64,000 bases of DNA from Candidatus Micrarchaeota archaeon (GCA_964647855.1 CAZYJW010000001.1:357200-421199); one strand, 5' to 3'. Positions 37,002 to 45,804 are shown, counted from the stretch's first letter. The notes: generated by a model not told the origin, from the sequence alone. Program-made: numbers and translations.

Positions 37002-38129
37002 ATGCGAGATTCCTGGCAAGGGCGCCTGAAGCGCACCTTGGCGGCAGCAGCCGTGGTGAGCGCACCTGTCTTCCTTGGCACTCTTCTCTGCGAATCCAAC
37101 ATCCCCACCCCTATCATTGAACCCGCCATGCAATCCCAAGCGGTTGCCCCAGAAGGACCCGGGGCACGGCCATCAAAAAAATTCACATCTGCAGATCTGG
37201 CAGCCGGCGTGCGTGCTCAGATGGAAAAACTGCGGGCGGCATCGGGAGAGGCCGAAATGTCCGCTTCCGTTTCGTTGACCCACGAGCTGAAAGAGGAATT
37301 CGCTGCTTCTGAACTAGTCTGTCCACCGGTGCCCCGGCGCTACGCCGCCTTCGGCGAACTCACCCCGGAAGAGGCGGAACTCCTGGCCAATGACCTAAAA
37401 CTCGCATCAAAGCGCGCATCAGAAGAGCTGGATGCGGGCGATGATGCCAGATACGCAATCGACACGCTCAGATGCCGTCTGGGGATGGACCGGATGCCGT
37501 TTGAAGAGTATCCGCGCTGTTATCCTGAGACCCGGCTGGTCCAGAGGATTCAATCCCTGGATTATTATGAGGGCCTCGAGGAACTGCTTTCGGTCGTGGA
37601 ATATATGAACTCCTTGGGCATCGACGGAACTCCCGGGGCGGAATACCCGCGTTTCAGGTACCTCGGCGAATACCTGGATTCCGTAGCTGGGGAAAACCCC
37701 CGCGCGCCGTCATTTTCCTGCCTCGCCCGGAATTACTACGCGGCAAAGGTCCTGGACATCAGCCTTGACCTGCTATCAGAATCCCTGCTGTTCAACCTGG
37801 ACATCGCAGACGGCATTCTCATGCAGCTCCCGGAACATCAGCGGCCCGATGTGATACGGGAAGCGCTCGTCCGCATGCTGGGCTGGATGGAAAACCTTGA
37901 CCCTGGCGAGCTGGAGCTTTTCTATGGAAGCCTCTGCGCACAGAACCGGCTGTCGTTCGCCGAAGCGCTCAGCTACATTTATCCCGAAGACCGCTCGGCC
38001 ATCGCCCATGCGGAATATCTGCACGAAAACGCGCTGGATTCGGAACTGCGACGCCTGATGGGGCTTAAGCTCGAAGAATGGCGTGAGCTCTTTTCCGGAC
38101 ATGGGTTGCATGGCGGGGAACGGGAATAG
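37002..38129 (+). CDS. Secreted hypothetical protein
   Basis: N-terminal signal peptide (AAAVVSAPVFLGTLLC); 375 aa, acidic, no known domain. Confidence 0.4.
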   Translation: MRDSWQGRLKRTLAAAAVVSAPVFLGTLLCESNIPTPIIEPAMQSQAVAPEGPGARPSKKFTSADLAAGVRAQMEKLRAASGEAEMSASVSLTHELKEEFAASELVCPPVPRRYAAFGELTPEEAELLANDLKLASKRASEELDAGDDARYAIDTLRCRLGMDRMPFEEYPRCYPETRLVQRIQSLDYYEGLEELLSVVEYMNSLGIDGTPGAEYPRFRYLGEYLDSVAGENPRAPSFSCLARNYYAAKVLDISLDLLSESLLFNLDIADGILMQLPEHQRPDVIREALVRMLGWMENLDPGELELFYGSLCAQNRLSFAEALSYIYPEDRSAIAHAEYLHENALDSELRRLMGLKLEEWRELFSGHGLHGGERE

Positions 38130-38201
38130 CGCTTCCTGAAACGGGCACGGACAAGACGAAAAACAGGCAATCAGGAATTAATAAAAAGCGGGAAGAAATT
38201 T

Positions 38202-38315
38202 TCAGAGCTCGCCGACGCGCCTCTTTATCCTGCGCTTGAGCCTCTTGCGCTTCTTCTTGACCCATTTCCAGCGCATCCTGTTCTTCTTCTTCCATTTCCT
38301 CGGTTTGGAACCCAT
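38202..38315 (-). CDS. rpl41e: 50S ribosomal protein L41e (37 aa; not in the ORF track)
   Basis: MGSKPRKWKKKNRMRWKWVKKKRKRLKRRIKRRVGEL* is a strongly basic peptide matching the archaeal/eukaryotic L41e pattern (PRKWKKK.RMRWKW.KK.R.RLKR). Confidence 0.55.
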   Translation of the reverse strand: MGSKPRKWKKKNRMRWKWVKKKRKRLKRRIKRRVGEL

Positions 38316-38429
38316 GAGTTCACCTAATCTATGAAATCAGACAAATCGCGGACTAATCAATCAATAGTTCGTCTTAAATATCTTTCGAGAGGGTTTTCAG
38401 GTGCGGATGGTTTGCCGCGGGCTGGGGAC

Positions 38430-39107
38430 ATGAAACACAAGATAGAAGGCGGCGTGATGCAGATACTCACGCTGGAACTGGGGGAGGGCGACGAGGTTTT
38501 CTCGGAATCCGGGGCGATGTCCTGGATGAGCGACAATGTCGAGATGGAATCCTACATCCGGGGCGGCATCGGTGCCGGCATCGGGCGGATGTTCACCGGC
38601 GAATCCCTTTTCCTCGTGAAGTTCAGGTCGTCCGGCGGCAAGGGCATCGTGTCCTTCGCCCCGGCGTTTCCGGGCAAGATAATCCCGCTCGGTATTGCCC
38701 CCGGCAAGGAGATCATATGCCAGAAGGACGCCTTCCTGGCGGCGGAGGAGAGCGTCAAGCTCGAGACGATATTCAAGAAGAAGCTCGGCGTCGGCCTCTT
38801 CGGCGGCGAGGGGTTCATGCTCCAGAAGCTCACCGGGACGGGCATGGCGTTCGCCGAAATCGACGGCGAGGTCTTCGAGATGACGCTCAAGGCGGGCGAG
38901 AAGATGAAAATCGACACCGGCGCCATCGCGCTTTTCGAGCCCACCGTGAAATACGACGTCCAGATGGTTAAGGGGGTCCGGAACATGCTCTTCGGCGGCG
39001 AGGGGCTCTTCCTCGCGACGCTCGAGGGGCCCGGCAAAATCTGGCTCCAGAGCATGCCGGCAAGCGGACTCGCGCAGAGGATACTGCAATACATACCGAA
39101 GGGCTGA
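38430..39107 (+). CDS. AIM24/DUF124 (TIGR00266) family protein
   Basis: Start MKHKIEGGVMQILTLELGEGDEVFSESGAM; repeated Gly-rich beta strands (LFGGEGFMLQKLTGTGMAF, LFGGEGLFLATLEGPG) typical of the family. Confidence 0.6.
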   Translation: MKHKIEGGVMQILTLELGEGDEVFSESGAMSWMSDNVEMESYIRGGIGAGIGRMFTGESLFLVKFRSSGGKGIVSFAPAFPGKIIPLGIAPGKEIICQKDAFLAAEESVKLETIFKKKLGVGLFGGEGFMLQKLTGTGMAFAEIDGEVFEMTLKAGEKMKIDTGAIALFEPTVKYDVQMVKGVRNMLFGGEGLFLATLEGPGKIWLQSMPASGLAQRILQYIPKG

Positions 39108-39110
39108 AAC

Positions 39111-39401
39111 ATGGAAAGCCGGGACATCCTCTATGCGGCCGCGGCCCTCGCGGCCCTGCTCATCCTGGCAATCGCGGGGGCTGTCCTGGCGGCCGTTGCG
39201 CTAGCCGCCGCCTCCCCGCTCGCGCTCCTGGGCGCCATCGGCGCGATGGGGATTTTCGGCCTCTTCATCCTCGCGGGCCTAATCGCCGCGTTCGTGAGCG
39301 CCTGGTACGTGATATACGCGCTCATTCGGGGCGCATTCTCCCCGCCCGGGCCGCCGTCGAAAAAGCGGGACTATTCGCTTTCGCGCATCAGGAGGTCCTG
39401 A
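39111..39401 (+). CDS. Small Ala/Leu-rich membrane protein
   Basis: 96 aa, two predicted TM helices; 4 nt after the AIM24 gene. Confidence 0.4.
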   Translation: MESRDILYAAAALAALLILAIAGAVLAAVALAAASPLALLGAIGAMGIFGLFILAGLIAAFVSAWYVIYALIRGAFSPPGPPSKKRDYSLSRIRRS

Positions 39402-39861
39402 GAAGCATCTCGACCCTTGCGTAAACCCTCCCGATGTTTCGCCAGTGGCCGCCCTCCCAGAAGACCTTGCCGCATGACGTGCACCTCCAGAACTCCGCCT
39501 GCATGTCCCGCACGCCCTCCGGGACGCCGGCCACGACCTCATCCTTCCCGGCAGGCCTCAGCTCGCCGTTGCAGGATGCGCAGCGCGTCCTGTGCGGGTA
39601 TGTCGCCTTCGCCCCGCTCTCCCTTATCACCTGGGCAATCTGCGCCTCGAGAGGGGCCTCCCGCAGGAGTATGCACGCCCCGCCCCCCCTGGCGCACCTT
39701 TTAGCTAGTTCGGCATCGCGCGTGACGAGCATGCGGCCCCCGGAGGCGGCCTCGTGGAGGATTGCGGTGTCGCTGCGGCCCGATGCGTAGGCGCTGTCGA
39801 TGCCGAGTATCCTGCACCACGAGGCGAGGTTCCCCAGCATCTCGTCGAAAAGGAGCTTCAT
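39388..39861 (-). CDS. Mut7-C RNase domain protein (DUF82; PIN-like nuclease plus zinc ribbon)
   Basis: N-terminus MKLLFDEMLGNLASWCRILG typical of Mut7-C/DUF82; C-terminal CASCNG...CTSCGK zinc ribbon. Confidence 0.6.
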   Translation of the reverse strand: MKLLFDEMLGNLASWCRILGIDSAYASGRSDTAILHEAASGGRMLVTRDAELAKRCARGGGACILLREAPLEAQIAQVIRESGAKATYPHRTRCASCNGELRPAGKDEVVAGVPEGVRDMQAEFWRCTSCGKVFWEGGHWRNIGRVYARVEMLLRTS

Positions 39862-39880
39862 GAGGATGATTTCTGGAGAA

Positions 39881-40186
39881 TCAGCTGAGCGATATCTTCA
39901 CGAAGACGTTCGTGGGGACCTTAATCCTGAGTATCTGCTTTATCATCTTCTCGTCGCCCTCGACGTCGCAGAGCCTCTTGTGGACCCTTTTCTCCCAGTG
40001 CTCGTAGGTGTCGGTCCCGTCGCCGCAGGGCGTGCGCCTGCAGGATATCTCCATCTTCCTGCGCGGCAGCCTCACGGGGCCGATGAACGTCATGCTGAGC
40101 GAATCCGAAAGATTCTTTATCTGGGAGACCACATTGTCGAGGGACGAAGGGTCCTCCCCGCTGAGCTTGATTCTCACTTTTGTCAT
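39881..40186 (-). CDS. rps10: 30S ribosomal protein S10
   Basis: MTKVRIKLSGEDPSSLDNVVSQIKNLSD...GPVRLPRRK...HWEKRVHKRLCDVEGDEKMIKQILRIKVP aligns with archaeal S10. Not adjacent to EF-1alpha here. Confidence 0.8.
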   Translation of the reverse strand: MTKVRIKLSGEDPSSLDNVVSQIKNLSDSLSMTFIGPVRLPRRKMEISCRRTPCGDGTDTYEHWEKRVHKRLCDVEGDEKMIKQILRIKVPTNVFVKISLS

Positions 40187-40259
40187 AAGTATACCTCTCG
40201 GTGAACGAGAAACCGTTGGCTATTAGTGATGCCAAAGTTATTTAAAGTTGCGCGAATGC

Positions 40260-40979
40260 TTACTCGAAGCGCTCGAGCATTTCAAGGACGCGGGAGCGGT
40301 CGCCTGATAGCGACCAGTGCGTAAGCGGCCCGCTTTTCAGGTGGAACGAGAGCGCCTTCAGCATCGCCTTCCTTGTCGGAGCGTCAGCGTCCGCAAGCAC
40401 GGTCTCGAGGCTGTCGAACGCCGCCTCCCTCGCCCCCTCGTCAATCACAAAAGGGGCGATACGCGCAAGCTCGATTCCTGCCTCGTTGCTCCCCATGAGC
40501 GCTATGGACTCTATCGCAGAGCATGCCTGCGACTGCGGTTCTATGCTAAATGTGCTGGCGACTATGGTTGCGAGTCTGCCAAGCGATTCCGAATCCTTCC
40601 TTGCGAAAGCCTCGGAAACCGCAGCTTCGGTCTCTTCCGGGTCCGCCGGGACGAGCTCCACATTGTGTGCGGATGCAGAAAGCATCCCCTCGTATCCCGC
40701 AATGGAGGCGGCCCCGTCATTTTCCGGATTTCCTATCCCGGCAACAAATCCTGACGCCCTGTCCCGCTGCCGCATAGACCGTGTCATGCTCTCAACCGCC
40801 GCCCTCAGCCTCAGATACCTTGATTGGTGCTCCACCTTATTATCCTTCGCGATGCTTTCAGCCTCGGGCTCGCGGATTTGCATCCGGGTCTCCCACCGGG
40901 TCGGCTGGCTGAACGTAAGCGCGCCTGCCGCAATAGCAGCGCCGGCAATTACTAGAGCAAACCGTCTGCGCCCCGCCAT
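40260..40979 (-). CDS. Hypothetical membrane-anchored/secreted protein
   Basis: N-terminal hydrophobic anchor (FALVIAGAAIAAGALTF), then a helical repeat-like domain. Confidence 0.4.
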   Translation of the reverse strand: MAGRRRFALVIAGAAIAAGALTFSQPTRWETRMQIREPEAESIAKDNKVEHQSRYLRLRAAVESMTRSMRQRDRASGFVAGIGNPENDGAASIAGYEGMLSASAHNVELVPADPEETEAAVSEAFARKDSESLGRLATIVASTFSIEPQSQACSAIESIALMGSNEAGIELARIAPFVIDEGAREAAFDSLETVLADADAPTRKAMLKALSFHLKSGPLTHWSLSGDRSRVLEMLERFE

Positions 40980-41873
40980 CTAGCCCATCCCCATCCTGCT
41001 CCTGAAAAGCCCAATGTGCATGTTAATGTCATATATGTTTTGGATGTCCATGTTCTGTGTCGTGTTGTTGAGTATTATCGAGAAATCCATGCCCAGGCCG
41101 CGCAAAATTTCGCGCGCGGTTCCCCGCACGTCGCCTTGGACGAGGTTGTATATCTTGTTGAACGTGTCGCTTCTGAGACTGCCTCCGTGCTCCAGCCAGC
41201 GGCTGACCTCCCTCCTTTCCTGCTCTGAAAACCCGATATAGGTGTTCAACGCCAGTTCCATGGCCCGGTTGCTGCCAGAGCTGCGCTCTATCTCCGCCCT
41301 TATCCTGCCGCTGCGGTCGAACACGATGTCAAGCACGCTGCGCGCCCACTCACGCGCCCCCACCCCGAGCCGCGATGTAGTCAGCAATGTCCTCAGGGCA
41401 TCCTGGCTTCCCCTGTTCAGGGAATCGCTGATGCTCCTTGTTATCTCTATGACCTGGTTGAATTCCGCAGCCTGCGCGGCAGGCGCAAGCGCGGCGAAAT
41501 GCTCCGAGCGCTCGGAGAGGGACAAGATTCCGTCGATGATTGTCTCAGACGCATTGCCTTCGAGCCTTCCCAGAAGTATCCTTGCCGTGCTGGAAACGAG
41601 CTCCGAAGCCCTTCGCCGCTCCGGTTCGCTCATGCCGCGCGGCATGGCTGTCGTGGCATATGCCAGGAAGCCATACACATCCAGCCTCCTGCTTGCCGCC
41701 TCCCTGAGGAAAATGTCCACCTTCATCGGAGGCGGGAATGTCAAAACCGCCCGGTTGAAGCTGATCTGCCCGCCCTGGGCCGCCCGGAGCCCTAGCTCGA
41801 GGTTGGCAATGAACGCCTGGGCCTGGCTGGGCCCTACCGCCTCGGCTGCCTGCTCTCTTGGCGCTTGTCCCAT
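40980..41873 (-). CDS. Hypothetical protein
   Basis: 297 aa, soluble and helical. Its stop directly abuts the start of the 40260..40979 gene, implying co-translation. Confidence 0.4.
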   Translation of the reverse strand: MGQAPREQAAEAVGPSQAQAFIANLELGLRAAQGGQISFNRAVLTFPPPMKVDIFLREAASRRLDVYGFLAYATTAMPRGMSEPERRRASELVSSTARILLGRLEGNASETIIDGILSLSERSEHFAALAPAAQAAEFNQVIEITRSISDSLNRGSQDALRTLLTTSRLGVGAREWARSVLDIVFDRSGRIRAEIERSSGSNRAMELALNTYIGFSEQERREVSRWLEHGGSLRSDTFNKIYNLVQGDVRGTAREILRGLGMDFSIILNNTTQNMDIQNIYDINMHIGLFRSRMGMG

Positions 41874-42053
41874 GTGCCTCCCTCAGCCTCCAATCAATAA
41901 ATATCTGTGCCGTTCTAACCTATCTCATCCAATATTTATATATCTTTACATTTATTACGACATTTATCGGGATTCGCCACCCGTTCGTATGGGCACATTT
42001 ATTAAGCTCCCATGGGACATCCCGGTCCAGTTCTTGCACGGAGGCGGATCAGA

Positions 42054-42971
42054 ATGCAGCATGTCTTGTCTTTGAATGGATATGACGGAAACTGGATCGA
42101 ATCTATCGTGGATTTGGGCCTCGACATCAAGAAGGAGCCGGCCAAGTACTCGGAGTCGCTGAAGGGGAAGACGCTGGCGATGATATTCCAGAAGACCTCG
42201 ACCCGCACGAGGCTTTCCTTCGAGACCGGCATGACGAAGCTCGGAGGGCACGGGATTTTTGTCGACTGGCGCACCACGCAGCTCGCGCTCGGCGGCGTGC
42301 CGGACGAGGCGAAGGTCATCTCGCGCTACGCGGACGCCATCATGGTCCGGCCGCTGCGGCACGAGACGGTCGCCGCCTTCGCTTCCACATCGCGCGTCCC
42401 GGTCATCAACGGCCTCTGCGAGAGATACCATCCCTGCCAGGCGCTTGCCGATGTCCTTACCATCAAGGAGAAGAAGGGCAGGCTCAGGGGCGTCAAGGTC
42501 GTCTACGTCGGCATCGGCAACAATGTGAGCAACTCGCTCTCCTACGCGTGCGCCATGGCCGGCGCGGACTTCACGCTCTGCGTCCCCGAGAAGGACCCGG
42601 ACAGCACGGATGCGGAACAGCTGGAGAAGCTGAAGGCGTCCGGCCACTACCGGGAGGAGCCGGACATCGGGAAGGCGGTGAAGGGCGCGGACATACTCTA
42701 CACCGACACCTGGGTGAACATGGAGTTCTTCAACGACCCGAAGTTCGCCGCGGAGAAGGCACGGCGCGAGAAGGTCTTCATGCCCTACCAGCTGAACAAG
42801 GCGATGCTGGAAAAGGCGGGGCCGCAGGCGTTCTCGATGCATGATATGCCCGCGCACATCGGATACGAAATCGACGAGTATGCCCTTCGCGGGCCGCAGT
42901 CGCTCGCATTCGACCAGGCCGAGAACCGCATGTGGGCGCAGATGGCCCTGCTGATAAAACTCCTGGAGTGA
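42054..42971 (+). CDS. argF: Ornithine carbamoyltransferase-like (ATCase/OTCase family)
   Basis: Carbamoyl-phosphate-binding STRTR and HPCQ motifs, and C-terminal SMHDMPAH (OTCase-type FMHCLP-like) rather than the ATCase HPLP motif. Start MQHVLSL after GGAGG. Confidence 0.65.
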   Translation: MQHVLSLNGYDGNWIESIVDLGLDIKKEPAKYSESLKGKTLAMIFQKTSTRTRLSFETGMTKLGGHGIFVDWRTTQLALGGVPDEAKVISRYADAIMVRPLRHETVAAFASTSRVPVINGLCERYHPCQALADVLTIKEKKGRLRGVKVVYVGIGNNVSNSLSYACAMAGADFTLCVPEKDPDSTDAEQLEKLKASGHYREEPDIGKAVKGADILYTDTWVNMEFFNDPKFAAEKARREKVFMPYQLNKAMLEKAGPQAFSMHDMPAHIGYEIDEYALRGPQSLAFDQAENRMWAQMALLIKLLE

Positions 42972-43039
42972 CGGCAATCCATGCGGGTTTCCGGTTTCGC
43001 TGATGCGGGCCGCAACCCCCCGCTTCGACAGCCGCCGGA

Positions 43040-43981
43040 TTGCCGTTCCAGAGGTTTTTATCCTTTTGCGTTCCATCCCACTGCGAGGTGGGTCACTTGT
43101 TTGTAGCCGTTTTGTCCGACAAGCCCGAACTGCGGGAGAGATTCTGCGCGATGCTGGGCGCGAAGGAGGGCGGGAGCGACGTGGTGTTCTATTCAGCTGA
43201 TTCGGGCGGAAGGCCCCTCTCGCTGATGGACCCGGCCGGGTTTCCGGAGAAGATACAGCCGCTCCTCTATTCGCTTTCCATGGCGGACTACGCGGTCGTG
43301 CTCGCGGATGGCGTCACACCGAAGCTGGGCGAAATCATCGTCGCCGTGAACTGCCTCAAGATGGGCCGGGGGGTGATTGTCTCCGCCAGCCCGCTCCCGG
43401 TCGCAGGCACCGCGCTTGAGAAATTCGACAAGGCCGCGGACATGGAGTCCGCGAAGGCGAAGGTCCTTTCCCTTCCCGCCCCGGAATACGGCGAGGCCAC
43501 CGTGGCCCTCATGGACCGGACGGAGGCCGTGAAATCTGTGGGCAACGTCGCCCACGGCGTCCTTCGGGGGGGCTCCCTGAAGCCCGGGGACAGGCTGTTC
43601 GTGCTTCCGGAAAAGAAGGAGCTCGAAATCAGGAGCCTGCAGGTCTCCGGGAAGGACGTCGAGTCGGTGCCAGCAGGCGTGCGCTTCTCGATGGCTTTCA
43701 AGGGCGAGCCTTTCGAGCGGGGCATCGTGGTCCCGCTCCGCAACGAGTTCGAGGTCGGGAACATCGTCAACGGGAGGTTCTCGAAGACGCCCTTCTACCG
43801 GGACGAGCTCAGGGGCAAGATACACGCCTATTCGAACCTCCAGTTCGTGGAGGGGCACATGACGGACAACGACCTCACCCTGAGCCAGCCCATAGCGTAT
43901 GAGAAGGGCGAGCTGATGCTGGTCGTGGACGCGAGCAACCAGAAGCTGCGCATAGCGGGGCCGTTCCAGAGCAAATGGTAG
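43040..43981 (+). CDS. EF-Tu-like protein with degenerate GTPase motifs (pseudo-GTPase) and EF-Tu domain-2-like beta-barrel
   Basis: G-domain-like layout without a P-loop (VGHLFVAVLSDKPE replaces GHVDHGKS; DPAGF in G3 position), then GVLRGGSLKPGDRLFVLP...ELEIRSLQVSGKDVESVPAGVRFSMAFKG resembling EF-Tu domain II. True start may be the in-frame GTG at 43088. Confidence 0.45.
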   Translation: MPFQRFLSFCVPSHCEVGHLFVAVLSDKPELRERFCAMLGAKEGGSDVVFYSADSGGRPLSLMDPAGFPEKIQPLLYSLSMADYAVVLADGVTPKLGEIIVAVNCLKMGRGVIVSASPLPVAGTALEKFDKAADMESAKAKVLSLPAPEYGEATVALMDRTEAVKSVGNVAHGVLRGGSLKPGDRLFVLPEKKELEIRSLQVSGKDVESVPAGVRFSMAFKGEPFERGIVVPLRNEFEVGNIVNGRFSKTPFYRDELRGKIHAYSNLQFVEGHMTDNDLTLSQPIAYEKGELMLVVDASNQKLRIAGPFQSKW

Positions 43982-43998
43982 GCGGTCTAAGTATATAC

Positions 43999-44170
43999 TG
44001 CCGCCGCCCTGCCGGGCTAGCCCTGCGCCTGACCTGGGGACGCCCTTGGGATGCATGCTGCGCATGCATCGGCAGCCGGCCGCGCATTTCCCCCGCCGCC
44101 TTGCCGGGCTGATTCTGCGCCTGGCCGAGGGCGGCTTCCGCCCGCTGCCATCAGCAGTATTAAAAAGTCC
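43999..44170. promoter_or_regulatory. carA upstream control region: two ~34-nt direct repeats flanking a perfect 21-nt palindrome, then TATA box
   Basis: R1 44001-44034 ccgccgccctgccgggctagccctgcgcctgacc; R2 44093-44126 ccgccgccttgccgggctgattctgcgcctggcc (30/34 identical). Palindrome gatgcatgctgcgcatgcatc at 44050-44070. TATA-like tattaaaaag at 44158-44167, ~30 nt before the carA ATG. Confidence 0.5.
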
Positions 44171-44198
44171 GCCATCCTCTATATGATTCTGATTCTCC

Positions 44199-45281
44199 AT
44201 GGGAACACAGAGGCTCAGGGCCACCTTAGCGCTGAAGGACGGAACCATCCTCCGGGGCCAGGGCTTCGGCGCCGAGGCCGAGGCGGTTGGAGAGCTCGTC
44301 TTCAACACGTCCATGACCGGCTACCAGGAGGCGCTCACCGACCCCAGCTACGCCGGCCAGATGCTTCTCATGACCTACCCGCTGATTGGCAACTACGGCA
44401 CGAACCAGGCCGACCGCGAAAGCGGCAGGGTGCATCCCTCCGCGTTCGTCGTCCGCGAGCTCTGCGAAGAGCCGGAGCACAGGCAGTCCGGCGCGGGGCT
44501 GGACGCGTTCCTCAGGGAGGGCGGCGTGCCCGGCATATCCGGGATAGACACTCGCTTCGTCGTGCGGCGCATAAGGGACAAGGGCGTCATGCCCGCCATC
44601 CTCTGCGTCTCGCCGCACGACCCGGACCACGACCCGAAGCGGCTGCTCGGTAAGCTCGATTTCGACTATTCTTCCATCGATTTCGTCTCGAAGGTGAGCG
44701 TGTCTAAGCCGGAGGTCCACAACCGGGGCGGGAAGAAGCGCGTCGCCCTCATAGACTACGGCGTGAAGATGGGCATATTACGCGAGCTGGTAAAGAGGGG
44801 GTGCGAGGTCCATGTGCTTCCGTTCGCAAGCGGGCCCGATGCGATACGGGCGGTGGAGCCGCACGGCATCCTGCTCTCGAACGGGCCGGGCGACCCGGCA
44901 ATCCTCAGGGACGCGCACGCCACGATACGGGAGGCGTGCGGGCTGGGGAAGCCGGTCTTCGGCATCTGCCTCGGACACCAGCTCCTCGCGCACGCCTTCG
45001 GCGGGGACACCTACAAGCTCAAGTTCGGGCACAGGGGCGGGAACCACGGCGTCCTCGACAGGGGCCTTGGCCGCGTTGTCATCACCACGCAGAACCACGG
45101 CTTCGCGGTGGGCAGGGTCCCCGAAGGCTTCGAGGTCACGCATGTCAACGTCAATGACCGGAGCGTGGAGGGGATGGAGGACGAATCGAGGCGCATATTC
45201 GGCGTGCAGTACCACCCCGAGGCCTCCCCCGGCCCCAGGGACTCGATGCACCTGTTCGACAAATTCATGAGGATGATGTGA
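44199..45281 (+). CDS. carA: Carbamoyl-phosphate synthase small (glutaminase) subunit
   Basis: N-terminal CPSase small-chain domain plus class I glutamine amidotransferase catalytic triad (GICLGHQLL...H..E). Confidence 0.9.
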   Translation: MGTQRLRATLALKDGTILRGQGFGAEAEAVGELVFNTSMTGYQEALTDPSYAGQMLLMTYPLIGNYGTNQADRESGRVHPSAFVVRELCEEPEHRQSGAGLDAFLREGGVPGISGIDTRFVVRRIRDKGVMPAILCVSPHDPDHDPKRLLGKLDFDYSSIDFVSKVSVSKPEVHNRGGKKRVALIDYGVKMGILRELVKRGCEVHVLPFASGPDAIRAVEPHGILLSNGPGDPAILRDAHATIREACGLGKPVFGICLGHQLLAHAFGGDTYKLKFGHRGGNHGVLDRGLGRVVITTQNHGFAVGRVPEGFEVTHVNVNDRSVEGMEDESRRIFGVQYHPEASPGPRDSMHLFDKFMRMM

Positions 45282-45739
45282 TAAAAATGGCAAACGGAAA
45301 AGAGGCGGCCCCCCAGGCGGGGCAGAGCGAGAGGAACGTTAAATGCAGCTTCTGCGGCGACGACACGTCCTGCGAGCAGTGCAGGGCGGCGCCGGAGAAG
45401 GCGGGCGACTTCGAGCACATGTGCTACGACTGCCACCAGAAGATGGGCGGCGCGGTGCCCGAGAACATCCGGGACCGGACGCACATATGCATACCTCCCG
45501 AGAAGCTCCAGGAGAACTTCGAGAAATTCATGAACGACATGACGCAGCGCGCGTTCATGCAGCTCTGGGACTCGGAAAAGAAGAAGCTCAAGGAGCTCTC
45601 GAAGCAGGAGCTCGCCCAGGCCGCGTTCTTCGAGGGCGCGAGCTTCATGTGGCAGTTCGTCCAGAGGATGAACCAGCAGCCCCCGGAGGGGCAGCAGGCG
45701 GCCGGAAGCGGGAAAGCGGAAGAACCGGCCACGAAATGA
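45278..45739 (+). CDS. Cys-rich zinc-ribbon protein inserted between carA and carB
   Basis: 153 aa; CSFCGD...CEQC...CYDCHQK cysteine pairs, then a helical tail. Its start overlaps the carA stop and its stop overlaps the carB ATG at 45736 (ATGA). Confidence 0.5.
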   Translation: MIKMANGKEAAPQAGQSERNVKCSFCGDDTSCEQCRAAPEKAGDFEHMCYDCHQKMGGAVPENIRDRTHICIPPEKLQENFEKFMNDMTQRAFMQLWDSEKKKLKELSKQELAQAAFFEGASFMWQFVQRMNQQPPEGQQAAGSGKAEEPATK

Positions 45740-45804
45740 CCCGCGGTCTGCGCCGCGAACCGGATGCCGGAAACCCGGAACCGGGAACCAACGGAGTGGA
45801 ACAG

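Noticed and set aside
45343-45735. N-terminal 130-aa extension of the 1215-aa carB ORF.
   Set aside because: Overlaps the Cys-rich ORF in another frame and is R/G/H-rich. The conserved CarB N-terminus (KVLVIGSGPIVIGQ) begins just after the GTG at 45805; ATG 45736 remains a possible alternative.
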